A DNA stretch of 63,378 nt, counting the filler, from Pelomyxa schiedti (Eukaryota > Protista > Evosea): NCBI GenBank assembly GCA_020536535.1. It is 16 parts of 16 records of this genome, joined end to end, with 100 filler letters (N's around TTAATTAATTAA, not from the genome) between each part and the next. Parts side by side here need not be neighbours in the genome. Positions count along the whole stretch, not along the records: positions 1 to 4,165 come from JAHLWZ010000149.1; positions 4,266 to 6,785 come from JAHLWZ010001970.1; positions 6,886 to 8,902 come from JAHLWZ010002174.1; positions 9,003 to 15,202 come from JAHLWZ010001439.1; 12 more parts are not named here. The stretch is one strand, 5' to 3'. Under the pieces are notes generated by a model. It was not told the DNA's origin and did not search any database. It saw only the letters and a program-made list of their open reading frames with translations. Both the position numbers and the translations under genes were made by a program. This document shows positions 1-11,405 of the stretch, one piece after another (position 1 is the first letter of the stretch; each line of letters starts with the position of its first letter).

Positions 1-1
1 G

Positions 2-163
2 TGCCGAAACAGTGTGATTGTGAGGGCTGACCTGCGGAATTTCCTCACAGAGGCAATGAACCAGAGTGCACAGGTTCACACCCCCACTGTTTTCAAGCAG
101 GCACTGGACTCTGTGGACCCCGTTGTAATCTCACACATTCAGTCAAGCCCATCCCGATCTTAA
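2..163 (+). CDS. 3' end of a coding gene, weakly importin-11-like C-terminus (partial)
   Basis: Open frame from window start, CRNSVIVRADLRNFLTEAMNQSAQVHTPTVFKQALDSVDPVVISHIQSS..., ending TAA 161-163. Resemblance to importin-11 tail is from memory only. Confidence 0.3.
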   Translation, partial: CRNSVIVRADLRNFLTEAMNQSAQVHTPTVFKQALDSVDPVVISHIQSSPSRS

Positions 164-424
164 ATAGTTACATTGATAGCATCCCCTATTCCCGAAACGA
201 TAAAAAAGAACCGGCTTTTTTTTTCCACAAAATCGAATTGTTTTGTCATGGTGTCTCCAACAGTTGAAATACTTTTTTTTTTCTTTTCTAGCTTGAGCAT
301 GACTCATGATCTCTGGAGATGAGAAAAAGTGCATTGATGTCATTGTCAACATACTCCGCGATTACTTTCACTTGTCCAAATACAGACCGATACAAGTCGC
401 CCTAGACACAAACCCCACACCCGC

Positions 425-527
425 AGTGTGCCTTGTATTGACAAGGTGAGTATGTCTAGTTTGAATCGACCTTAAATTGGTCGGAAGTTGGGATTGACAG
501 ACTCACCTTGTCAATACAAGGCACACT
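425..527. repeat. Fold-back element: perfect 27-bp inverted repeat with 49-nt spacer
   Basis: 425-451 AGTGTGCCTTGTATTGACAAGGTGAGT is the exact reverse complement of 501-527. Confidence 0.9.
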
Positions 528-614
528 TCACAGCTGGACCCATACGACGAATCTAACAATGAAAAGGAAAAAGTAAAAAGATTGCATAGAATTTTTGGAC
601 AATTTTTAAACTCC

Positions 615-3600
615 TCACAGCTTATCAAGGAACCTGTCAAGTGGTGGAATGCCCTCAGCAAGACCCTTGCGTTGTCTGACTTGTGCAATGACTTGGGCAA
701 TCTTGGTGGTGCCATCGAATGGGTCTCCCTGAATGATGGCCCAGTGGTCAAACACGCACTGTGGGAAGGCCTNNNNNNNNNNNNNNNNNNNNNNNNNNNN
801 NNNNNNNNNNNNNNNNNNNNNNNNNNNNNNNNNNNNNNNNNNNNNNNNNNNNNNNNNNNNNNNNNNNNNNNNCCCTCAGCAAGACCCTTGCGTTGTCTGA
901 CTTGTGCAATGACTTGGGCAATCTTGGTGGTGCCATCGAATGGGTCTCCCTGAATGATGGCCCAGTGGTCAAACACGCACTGTGGGAAGGCCTGCCCGCT
1001 GGTGTGGCTTCGGAGGTCAGCAGTGAAGCCAAAGGACTCAAGTACTGGCAGGTAGGATCGGACGGTGTATAGTGGTGTGCCGGGTCTCTGCTCCTCAGAG
1101 ATGACGTGCCCTCTCCTCTTGTTGAGAACGGAGTAGATGCCTCCCATAGCGGTCTCAGGGCACTGAGCAAGAGTAAGTTAAAGCGGTTGGAGTTAAAGTA
1201 AAAGCAAACCTGAATTTCGACCAAGTAGACTGGCTCGAGAAGTCTTGGCTCGGCGGTGAGCATGCAACCGTAGTAGCATCGTCGGGCAGTTGGGATAATT
1301 TGACCGCCACCTCTGTGGATGGCATCGGTGTGAAGGGCAACATCGTAAAGGTTGAAGCGGCATCCACGGACGTTCTCGTCGCACAGGGGTCCCTCCTTCA
1401 TGGCCCACTGGAAGGCGCTGACCATGGAGTCCTTGATCTCAGCCAAGTACTGAACGGCCTTGGTCATATCAACAAGCAAGTTCGCACCCTTGTTCTCTGG
1501 GCCGAAGCACCAAAGTTTGCGGGCGTCAGTTGGGTCCCAGTTGAACTTGTCAATAAGGGCGCGGGCGCGGGCCTTGGGATCGTCGTTGGCGTTGACTGTT
1601 CCTCCCTCAATAGCCTCTGGCAAGTCGGCATCGAGTGGTGCGGCCTTCATGAAGAGCCTGTTGTGCTTGTTGGGGGACTTGCTCAGACACATCTGGTTGG
1701 ATTCGGCAGAAACGGTCTCACGGAAAGATACGACTGGGTCACTGGTTCGGAGCTCGGCTGTGCAGTACTCCTCACGCAAGTCGTGGAGGCAAATCTCAAG
1801 ATGCAGCTCACCGGCTCCGGCAACGATGTGCTCACCGCTCTCCTCGATGTAGCACTGGCACAGGGGATCAGACTTGGCAAGTCTCTTGAGACCCTCTACC
1901 AGCTTTGGAAGATCGGCTGGGTTCTTGGGCTCGACGGCAACACGCACGACGGGGGAGACGCTGAACTTCATGTCCTTGATGGTGCATGCATCGTCGTGGT
2001 CAGAGAGGGTTCCTGACTTGACAAGGAACTGATCAATACCGACAAGACCAATGACGTTTCCGCATGGGCAATCCTCAACTGGCTCAGTGTATCGTCCCAT
2101 CATAAGAACGGTCCTCTGTACGTTCTTGATGTACAAGTCGTCCTTCTTGCCGGGAACATAGTTGGAGCCCATAATGCGGACCTTCATGCCGGTTCGGATG
2201 GTTCCGGAGAAGACACGGCCGAAGGCGTAGAACCTTCCCTTGTCTGATGTGGGGACCATCTTGCTTACGTACATCAACAAGGGGCCATTTGGATCGCAAG
2301 CTCGGATGGAGGTAGCAATTGGGTCGTCCATTGGTCCGGTGTACAAGTTCTCGACACGGTAGCGTTGAGCAATAGCTGGGGATGGAAGATGGACGACCAT
2401 CATCTCAAGAAGGGTCTCACTGGCTGGGAGCCACTTGCGCATGACGCACTTCAGAAGTGCCTTCTGGGTCAAGTCCTATAACAAAGTATTAGACTACTGA
2501 ATGACTTGGGAACGGGAAGATACTCTCTCATCGGGCTTGAGCGCAAGGCCAAGCTTGGCAAGCATTGCCTCGTACTTGACTCGGTCGTCTCCCATAACAG
2601 CCTTGAAGAGCTGAGAGATAGGCTCCATGATGAACTGGCAGAAGGCACGGGGGATTGGCTTTCCGTTGTCGCCAACTGCTGTTTTCTTCCACTTTTTGCC
2701 GACGGGGTCATAGAAGTTGTCTCCCCAGAGCCTGTCCATCATCTTGGCTGGGTCAATTCCGAACTTGGTGCCCAAGAGCTTGGCGAACTTGTTGAGGGTG
2801 AATGCCCATCCGTGAAGACCACTTCCGAAGGCAATTGTGCCCTTCTCGGGTTGAACTTGAACATCACCAAGCAGTTCGTCCCTGTAGGTGGCAATGACGA
2901 CGTTGACGGTCTCAATAGCACGGGCGAAGTTCTGGTAGATTTCCTCGGGTGCGAGCTGAAGCTCAAGAAGAACACGGTCGACCTTGTTGACGACCAAGAT
3001 GGGCTTGATACGCTCAGCAAGAGCCTGGCGCAAGACAGTCTCTGTCTGTACGCAGACACCCTCGACACAATCAACGACGACCAAGGCTCCGTCTGTCACA
3101 CGAAGAGCAGCTGTGACCTCTGAGGAGAAGTCAACGTGGCCAGGAGAGTCAATAAGGTTAATCAAGAAATGGCGGCCCTAAGAAAAAGTGAATAGGACAT
3201 CAAAATCAGCCAGGAAATTGTACCTCGCTGCCAACTGGAAGAGGTACCTCCTCGGGAGCCTGGAAATACATGGAGATGGCGGTGGACTACAAGAATCAAT
3301 AAGGAACAGCAACAAAAAAAAACTTGGAGGGAGATACCTTGATGGTAATACCACGCTCTTGTTCATCAGCCCTTGTCTGTGTGTAGCACATATCACCAAC
3401 CTTCTGCTGGGCAATGATACCGGCGGCACCAACCAATGAGTCAGTGAGTGTTGTTTTGCCGTGATCGACGTGAGCAATGACAGACATGTTTCGGATGTTG
3501 GCTTTAACATCCATCATACGTCTGACTTGATCGATGGTGAAGTTGACCTAAACCATGCGCGTGAGACGCCGTTTTTTATTTGGAAGTAGGAAAAAAACGA

Positions 3601-3735
3601 GGGTGCGAATAGGGGCGTTTGGAAATTAAAAAGAAAAACGAATAAACCGCAACGCTATGTAAAAAATAAAAAAAAAACGACGCGACAGCGATTGCGACAA
3701 CGATGTTGAGGCCAACGGGAGGCACAACAAACCAT
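615..3735 (-). CDS. EEF2: Eukaryotic translation elongation factor 2, six exons
   Basis: [36 protein letters not shown] and diphthamide loop [19 protein letters not shown]-only exon 3733-3735. Introns 3548-3732, 3287-3337, 3178-3223, 2476-2523, 1163-1209 (all GT-AG, frame-restoring). Stop TGA 615-617 after LDRFLDKL. The N gap at 773-872 carries an artefactual 121-bp duplication. Confidence 0.98.
652..993. other. Scaffold gap artefact: 100 N flanked by a 121-bp duplication
   Basis: 652-772 is identical to 873-993. Same 121-bp pattern at the gaps 30944-31043 and 33979-34078. Confidence 0.95.
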
Positions 3736-4165
3736 TTTCGGTGTTTATCTAGCAGTAGTGTTGGTGGGATCTTGGTCTTTGTCGATGTGCGTTGAGCACG
3801 AAGAAGTGATGAAAAAAAAAAAAGAAAAAAGAAAAATTAAGTGCGGCTTATAAATGTGTCACAAGATATGACGCGTCTTTATTTTTTTTGCCAGTAGATA
3901 AGGGGCTTTTAAATAACTTTTCGAGGCAACTGTGCTACCAGATCCACGCTAATATCTTCGATCCGAACCAATGCACGAATAATCAACCCCACCGAAAGTG
4001 ATTTTTTTCTGTGGTTCGTTCTCATCACAGAAGCAATCTGCACTGCAAAAGAAGAAGAAACCCAGGGTTGGTATTGCTGTGTTCACCAGCGGCAAATAAT
4101 CCTTGAACAGAATTCGTAGTAGAGAGCTGTCCTGTTGCTTGTGTTTGGATAACACCTCCTGTGGC

Positions 4166-4265
4166 NNNNNNNNNNNNNNNNNNNNNNNNNNNNNNNNNNN
4201 NNNNNNNNNTTAATTAATTAANNNNNNNNNNNNNNNNNNNNNNNNNNNNNNNNNNNNNNNNNNNN
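4166..4265. other. Artificial contig linker N44-TTAATTAATTAA-N44 (first of 15)
   Basis: Six-frame stop linker. Further copies at 6786, 8903, 15203, 17276, 24450, 35663, 38270, 40206, 42807, 47627, 56138, 57703, 59608 and 62139, each 100 nt. Confidence 0.99.
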
Positions 4266-4290
4266 TTCCAACGAGTAGCGACGAGGTCTC

Positions 4291-6600
4291 ATGGCCACCA
4301 CAACAAGTAGTACAACGACTGTACCAACGGCCGTCATAGCCATTGTGCCACTACGAGAACAAAACGCCCCCATCAGCATCACTAAATCAGAAGCAAATGA
4401 TACAAGATCTTTCGGTAGTGTTTGCCAAAGTCGAAAAAATTTTGACAAAAAAATTGCATTTGGGGGATGAAACTAAGTTTGGGTTTTTATGGTGTTGGCT
4501 CAGAAGAACACTGTTGGCTGTTGTTGGGTTCTATGTAATTAGCAATGAATTGTCCAAGGGGGAACATCACCACCCAAGAGTGTAAAGGAAATTTCTGTTG
4601 GGTGAGCAGTGACTGCTTGCACCAGAGAGAAGCAAGCATTGGGGTTGCAGTACTCACAAGTGTATTTTGGTTTTTTTTGTGGTGATGCTATATTACCTGC
4701 TGTCTGACTGATGAAGGTCATGGTGTGCCTGGGATTGATTCGATACAGGCAAGAGGAGTGAACCTGCAGGTTGAAAGATTTTGGTCTTTCCAGAAAGGGG
4801 CCGGAGATGGCATAGCTGTGGTGCTAAGGGAAAGGAAAATTGCACAATAATAAGATACAGGTGGCCAAGAGCTAGTGGGAACCTCTTTGACTAGTGTGCT
4901 GTTTAATCTTCTCTTTGGGAAGTCAGATCACCCTTTCTTGTCTGAGAGGACTGGCATCTTGCTGATCTGTGAACTTTCTGGTACCTCGTGTGAGCAATGG
5001 GAAAAACAGAGATTTTTCCCATGGAAAAAGCATGAATAATAGAACAGGAATCCTTCAGGCATTATTTCAAGGCACAAGTGAAATGAGTGGATTGAGTGAA
5101 TGGCAAAACAACCACACACAACACATACGATGTAAGGCAGACATTACATGAATGGAATAAAACCAGAAGTAGAAAGAAAACGGACTGGCTGAAAGAGCTT
5201 GAGCTGGACACTGTGCTCCATTCATAAAAGGTGGTACATCCAGCTCATGGGGAAGAAAAGTAAGGTCATCCACCATAAAAGAGAACCTTGTTGCCTTGGA
5301 GTGAGTTTGAGCTGGAGAATGGGTCTCAAGCATCCTGTGTTTGGGGAAGTAGATCAGAGCCAGACAAAGGGCTTGTGTGGAGAAAAGGGTTGGTGGCTCT
5401 CCCCCTCAAAACACGACACTGCCCACAAAAACATGTTTTTTAGTGTGAGATGGTGTGTGGCTTTTGTGGTTGAGTGGAAAAACTGTTTGGGCTCAGGGCC
5501 TACCTGTTTGGCAAGAAGCATTCTGGGAATGACAACATTGGAGGTGTATCTGTGCTTTATACAAAATTGGGGTTTGAAAACTTTCATCAAGTTTTCACTC
5601 ACTTTCAAGCAACTGCAGTACTTTGAAGCAGACTTGCTATGCCATGAGAGTCCTTTTTGAGTTTGCTCCTTTTCATTTTTCAATGACACAGTGGAATGTT
5701 GAGCACAATTCAAAGCCCATCTTCTCCCTGTATGTATTGCTCTGTTACCCTCCCTGTGTTAAAAGAGTTTTTAGGTGTACTTTTGGCAAGACCAGTTAAA
5801 TCAGATGTCAACACACTTTCACAAAAGAAGTTGTCTCCCTTGGATGATGTGACACTTGGTATAGCTTTCCTGGGAGCATAGAAGCTACATTTGATTTGCT
5901 CATTACTTCCAAAAGTGGACAAGCTTTCCCCAAGCTGTAACTGCATTCAGAGATGACCACCACTGTGCTACTGTTGCTCATTTGTTGCTTCATGTTGCTT
6001 CTGGCTCATTGTCAGAGACTGTTCTCAGTAACAAGATGTTTCAATTGATGAAGACACCTCAGCAGAGGTTTGTGCAATTTTCACCAAGTGGAATGGTACT
6101 TTTATGTGCATGATAGCAAAGGAGGGAAGCCAGCTATTACCCCTTACTGTCCTTGGATAAATTTCATATGGAGTCTGCTTTTCACAACCAATTACTACAC
6201 AAAAGGAGGAAAGTTCTTTTAACAATAAATACACCATGTTACCGCAAATGTGTTTACTTGAATTCCATCAACCCCACCCAGAACTCCATTAGTCTTCAGG
6301 GGAATTCCTCCATTGAGTAGAGCCCCTGAAGAGGATGCCAAATGGACCTCCCACTGGAAGTTCAGCAAGAGGCACTCAAGAGCAAGTGCCAGAAGGGAAC
6401 CACTTATAGAAGTTGAGCCACAGTTACCACAAAGAACAAATCCCATTTCCACTGCTTCCTTACTACAGCTGGATAATTCTCACTTGGATGATGATACTTC
6501 CATAGAGCCAGGCAATTCCACATTGGTGGAAAACACCACCCCCAAAACAGCATCACACACGTTCCTGGCCACAGAAACCACCCAGAAGCACAACCACCAC
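4291..6600 (+). CDS. Probable multi-exon hypothetical gene, exon structure unresolved
   Basis: ATG 4291 (MATTTSSTTTVPT...) in a CpG-rich start followed by a CpG-poor body with several open segments. No domain recognised; end approximate. Confidence 0.3.
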
Positions 6601-6885
6601 TGGAAAAGCAAAAAAATCGAAGCAAAAAATCGTTTTTTTACCCAAGTTTGCCGCACCCCATATTATGGGACTGCCCAAACTTTTTCGGTGTGCACACGAT
6701 CAAAAAACGAGCGTTTTTCTGGGAAAACAGTGTGCACACAGTTTGCAGCACGCCAACGGCCAACAGACACACCAATGTGCTTCCCNNNNNNNNNNNNNNN
6801 NNNNNNNNNNNNNNNNNNNNNNNNNNNNNTTAATTAATTAANNNNNNNNNNNNNNNNNNNNNNNNNNNNNNNNNNNNNNNNNNNN

Positions 6886-6990
6886 GAGATGAGCAACGTG
6901 AGGAACAAGTGGATGATTCAGCCCACCTCTGCAATCACAGGAATGGGTTTTTCTGAGGGTCTGGACTGGGTTTGCTCCAATTTGCCCTGA
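6886..6990 (+). CDS. ARF/ARL-family small GTPase, C-terminal fragment
   Basis: EMSNVRNKWMIQPTSAITGMGFSEGLDWVCSNLP* matches the ARF-family G5/terminal helix pattern W.IQ.TSA..G.G..EGLDW. Confidence 0.8.
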   Translation, partial: EMSNVRNKWMIQPTSAITGMGFSEGLDWVCSNLP

Positions 6991-7095
6991 AACACACACA
7001 ACACAACAAAACCAAGATTAAGACGGTTTTTGATTTGTTCTGAGACTGGAATGTCTATGTGAGCCTTCAAAGTGATTATTACCTCAACACCTGCC

Positions 7096-8464
7096 TCAGA
7101 GGACTGATTCGTGGGCAATTCCAAGAAGCCTCTTAGGGGGGAAGGTTATTGTGAGGACTACGAAGCCAGAGAGAGGCTCCAACACTTGAATGCGGTCACC
7201 AGTCACAATAAACAAGAACCCTGAGCCAGCCATGACCTGTCTGCACTCTGGAACACTCACTGTTTTGAGCGGCCTTGTTGTGTTGTGGCAGTCCCAAAGT
7301 TCACACAGTGAGTTGGGGTAGCCTGGCATGCAGTGAGCACAAAAAACAGACTGGTTCAGCTGTGTCAGATTAGGTGGCACGCCATTCATTATACTGCATG
7401 CCAGATGTGTGATTTGACCTGTTGAGGAATCCACCTGCACGAGGTCGGACAGTGGGAGCGACAAAACAAAGGCACCAGAACCATCTCGCTTCTTCAAAAA
7501 CAGTGGAGGCAAGCATTCTCTCTCTCTGGTGAGTGTGTGGTTGATCTCCTCGTCAGCGATAATGGCTGAGGCGGTAACGCACAGGCTCCCGGTTTGGAAG
7601 GACCTCCGCAAATCTACAACAACGAACGCCAGTCCCAAAAGCTTCTTTCTGCCCTCCGACGCCTGATACCCAATAAGAAGCAACTCGTCTCTGAAACAGC
7701 TTGGAAACACAAGTTCAGAACAGGTGAATAATGCATCCAGAGGCACTCGAACCCTCCTTGATGCATCAGTACCAGCAGCAGAGTCATCATCGCCGCGCAG
7801 CAGCCTCACAATCACCAGGCTTGCTGGCCTTGAATCGAGAGCCACAGCCCAGTCCATCCACTTGCTCACACCCACCCAGAGGAACGGCCCCTCCTCGACA
7901 CCCTGGTCAGCGAACCCAATGAGCCTCTTCCTCCCACTCCCGGGACCCCCAAGCAGCGGCGCGACGCCGTACTTCTTCGTCGCCGAGTCGAGCTCCCACA
8001 CGTGGGCAGTGGTCTGCGCACACAGAGCCGGTCTCCCCCCGGTTGCCGCTGCCGGGCCCAAGACCACGTGGTCGTAGGGCCTCGCGGTCGCCACGACGTG
8101 GCTCTGGCGCCCCCCGCCCGCCGCGCCGACCGGCCCCAGCAGCGTGCGAGAGAGGGAGAACGAGAGCACGGTCGCGGGCCCGGCCGGCGGGGGGGGGGTA
8201 CCTGTGGGTGCTGTGGGCCTCGCTCAGGACGAGGGCGAACGAGGCGGTGTCGAGGAGGAGGGTGTGGAGGAAGGACCGAGTCGGCGAGGCGAAGGGGGAG
8301 CCTGGGAGCCAGAGGGCTCGGGCCGCGCTGGGCGCCCCGCACCGCGGGTGTGACGAGGTGGCCAGCGCCACTAGTTGACTGCGGGCATCGAGGGCTGCTG
8401 CGAATCTCGGATGGGTGGACGCCGATGAGGAGCCCCCACCATCACCCATCAAAGACTGTCCCAT
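7096..8464 (-). pseudogene. HPRCG-family member 1, with a +1 frameshift in a C10 run (pseudogene or sequencing error)
   Basis: MGQSLM...DARSQLVALATSSHPRCGAPSAARAL, then after 8189-8198 the next frame gives VVDLRRSFQTGSL...CELWDCHNTTRPLK...VLEPLSGFVVLTITF. Removing one base joins the frames. Confidence 0.75.
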
Positions 8465-9002
8465 GACTCGCAAACGTGCAAAAAAGAAAAATCGATTCAA
8501 TGAAAAACAACCAAGCCTCATCATACGGTGCTTTTCTCTCCTTGATCTCGTGTGCGATCCACGATTCACTTGCACCTCGCGTTCAGCATCCACACACCAC
8601 CTGTGCGTTTCTGTCCTTTCACTTTCCAGATCCATTTCAAACGAAATGATGCACCTCGTGAGGTGGCCCCTGTGACGCAAATTGTTAGCCAGCCAACGAC
8701 GCAGGAAGTGAGGCCGGGAGCGAGGCGGCCACGTATGGAACTGCGCGGCGACTAAGTAGAGACCGAGCGAGGTTGGAAGGAAGATGTCGTTGAGCCGGTG
8801 ACAGGGGATGCAACGCGGTGACACATCGGAAGCGATAATGAATTAGAAACGTCGGTGAGTCGAAAACATCGGGAGTCCTCAGCCACTGACTCCACATTTT
8901 ACNNNNNNNNNNNNNNNNNNNNNNNNNNNNNNNNNNNNNNNNNNNNTTAATTAATTAANNNNNNNNNNNNNNNNNNNNNNNNNNNNNNNNNNNNNNNNNN
9001 NN

Positions 9003-9701
9003 TTGCAATTGCATCCGTTCCTGCTCCTGAGCCTGCTGTGATGATGATGGCACCACGAGACTCTGGACACGCAGCAGCCCTCTCGACTCGTCAATTCCAC
9101 ACCACCACCTCCCGTTGATGCTGCAGGTCCAGCCCGGCTCGTACTCCAGCCTCAGCACATCCACACCGCCCACTTCACTCCCCTGCGAGTTGTTCCTGGT
9201 GTCCCTCAGCCACAACTCGCTGGCGCCGGGCACCCCTCGCACGTGGGCCACGTGGCGGTAGGCGTCGGCCCACCAGCAGGCGCCGGGCCGGTCCACCTCC
9301 ACGCTGCCGACTACTCCGCGGGGGGTGACGCTGAGGAGCAGCGCGGACACGCCGGCGCGGTGCACCACGCTGCGGCACTGGCGGGTGCCGCTGGCGCCGA
9401 CGGGGATCACGAAGCGGCGCTCGGTGGCGGCCACGCAGAGGTCCCACAGGATGCGGAGAAGGGAGGGCGTGAGGACACGCGAGGGGGGGCTGCGGGCGCC
9501 GCACCGCGGGTGCGTCGACGTGGCCAGGGCGAGGAACTGGTCGCAGGCACGCAGGGTGACTGTGACGACTGGCAGTAGTGGCGGCCCACCCCCGTTTTCG
9601 GTGGGATTCCTGCCCGTCGAGTTGCCTGTTGGTTCTTCGCGATACCTGCCCGTCGAGTTGCCCGTTGGTTCTTCGCGGTACCTGCCCTTCGAGTTGCCCA
9701 T
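9003..9701 (-). CDS. HPRCG-family member 2 (3' truncated at contig edge)
   Basis: MGNSKG...LRACDQFLALATSTHPRCGARSPPSRVLTPSLLRILWDLC; nearly identical to member 3 in parts. Confidence 0.85.
9609..9701 (-). repeat. 36-bp tandem repeat, about 2.6 units, encoding (M/T)GNS(K/T)GRYREEP
   Basis: Units start at 9609, 9645 and 9681 on the + strand. Confidence 0.9.
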
Positions 9702-10023
9702 TTTATTTGTTTCTGCCAGATGGATGAGAAAACACGGATTAATGATTTTTAGGGTAAGTCTAATCAGTGGCACCCAACACTCCAATCACACCGCCCAACA
9801 CCACAATCACTGCTATTATTCCTGCTCTCATTCTCTCCTGTGTTTGTTGTTACCTTTGTGCTTTTTTCTTGGTTTTGTTGTGATAACGGCGTTTAGACAG
9901 CTGGTTGAGCTTGTTGCTGTGCAAAAGGAATTGTTGGCAGCGGGATTCACGAAATTGAATGAAGAGTCCCCTTGGACACTCACCCCCGGTGGCAGGTTTA
10001 AAAGTACTTTTTCCTTATTTGAC

Positions 10024-11331
10024 TTAATCCACAAAAAAGAAGTGTTGTTGCCTGTACACACCCCAACTGGGAGTGTAACAAAGGGTGAAGACAACAAAAC
10101 CAGAAAGGGCATCAACCACACTCATTTGCTTGTTTTGTCCCTCATCCTCATTGGTGATTTGAACCAGGAAACCACACTCACCAACAACAAACCCTGTTGT
10201 CTGAACTACTCTCATCGGTTTCTCGATGTCATTGCAATCCCACAGCTCATAACGCAACTTCTCGTATGAAACGCAGAAGAGTGAGTCACTCAAACGTGAC
10301 AGTGTGCATCTTTCCAAACACTCCCCACAAATCCCCTTCACTGTTCCACCGGGTCTCATTTCCACAACGAATACATGAGTTGGAGCACTGTTGGCAGGAA
10401 CGTGGTGGGCCCACACTTGGATCACGCAAACCTGGGCGCCGGTCTTTGTGATCAGAATGAATCCCTCAAGAATCCTTCCTGCCGGTAAACTTCTGGTCGC
10501 AGAGCACACCACAGACAGGTTACCACTTGAGAATGTCTGTTGTGCATCCACAACAAGGATCCTCTTTTCATGTTTCCCAACTGCCGCCGAATTTGGCCTC
10601 AACACCACCAACAGTTCATCAGGGTCTGATTTGCCCATGCCCATAAACTCCACACTCTCTGGATCCACTGCAACAGTGACAACAACACTCCGCGACGTGG
10701 GCAGCAATTGCATCCGCTCCTCCTGCTGTGATGATGATGGTGGTGGCACCACGAGACTCTGGACACGCAGCAGCCCGCTTGACTCATTGGTGCCACACCA
10801 CCACCTCCCGTTGATGCGGTAGGTCCAGCCCGGCTCGTACTCCAGCCTCAGCACATCCGCCCCGCCCGCTCCCCTCCCCAGCCTGCTGCTTGTGTCCCTC
10901 AGGACGAACCCGAGCTCGGCGCCGCGCCCCTGCAGGCAGGCGACGTGGCGGTCGGCGTCGGCCCACCCGCTGCCGCTGGGCCGGTCTTCCTCCACGCTGC
11001 CGACTACTCCGCGGGGGGTGACGCTGAGGAGCAGCGGGGACACGCCCGCGCGGTGCAACAGGCTGCGGCACTGGTCGCTGGTGCCCACCGGGATCACGAA
11101 GCGCCTCTCGGTGGCGGCCACGCAGAGGTCCCACAGGACGCGGAGCAGGGAGGGCGTGAGGACACGCGAGGGGGGGCTGCGGGCGCCGCACCGCGGGTGA
11201 GTCGACGTGGCCAGGGCGAGGAACTGGTCGCGGGCACACAAGTTCACTGTGACGACTGGCAATCGTGGTGCCCCGCCCTGGTTTTCGTTGGGAGACCTGC
11301 GCCCTTCGTTCCGAGACACGCCGTTGCCCAT
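10024..11331 (-). CDS. HPRCG-family member 3, intact and intronless
   Basis: MGNGVS...ARDQFLALATSTHPRCGARSPPSRVL...VVDAQQTFSSGNLSVVCS...YELWDCNDIEKPMR...FFFVD*. Confidence 0.9.
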   Translation of the reverse strand: MGNGVSRNEGRRSPNENQGGAPRLPVVTVNLCARDQFLALATSTHPRCGARSPPSRVLTPSLLRVLWDLCVAATERRFVIPVGTSDQCRSLLHRAGVSPLLLSVTPRGVVGSVEEDRPSGSGWADADRHVACLQGRGAELGFVLRDTSSRLGRGAGGADVLRLEYEPGWTYRINGRWWCGTNESSGLLRVQSLVVPPPSSSQQEERMQLLPTSRSVVVTVAVDPESVEFMGMGKSDPDELLVVLRPNSAAVGKHEKRILVVDAQQTFSSGNLSVVCSATRSLPAGRILEGFILITKTGAQVCVIQVWAHHVPANSAPTHVFVVEMRPGGTVKGICGECLERCTLSRLSDSLFCVSYEKLRYELWDCNDIEKPMRVVQTTGFVVGECGFLVQITNEDEGQNKQMSVVDALSGFVVFTLCYTPSWGVYRQQHFFFVD

Positions 11332-11405
11332 TACTTTCCAATGGAACCAAATTCGGCGAAAAAAATAACCAATCAACCAGGCTTGATTGAACTTGCCGGA
11401 CAGAC

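Noticed and set aside
652-993. Apparent tandem duplication of the eEF2 3' end (also 30823-31164 and 33858-34199)
   Set aside because: Identical 121-bp overlap around exactly 100 N in three places indicates a scaffolding artefact.
4030-4165. Minus-strand GGVIQT...GQ...SVQGLFAAGE resembling an FAD-binding motif
   Set aside because: Short, at a contig edge, and no splice solution gave a convincing continuation.
4760-4800. RLKDFGLSR looks like a kinase DFG segment
   Set aside because: No HRD, VAIK or glycine loop recoverable in neighbouring frames.
9609-9701. 36-bp direct repeats, CRISPR-like length
   Set aside because: Units are contiguous with no spacers, in frame inside a CDS, in a eukaryotic context with no cas genes.
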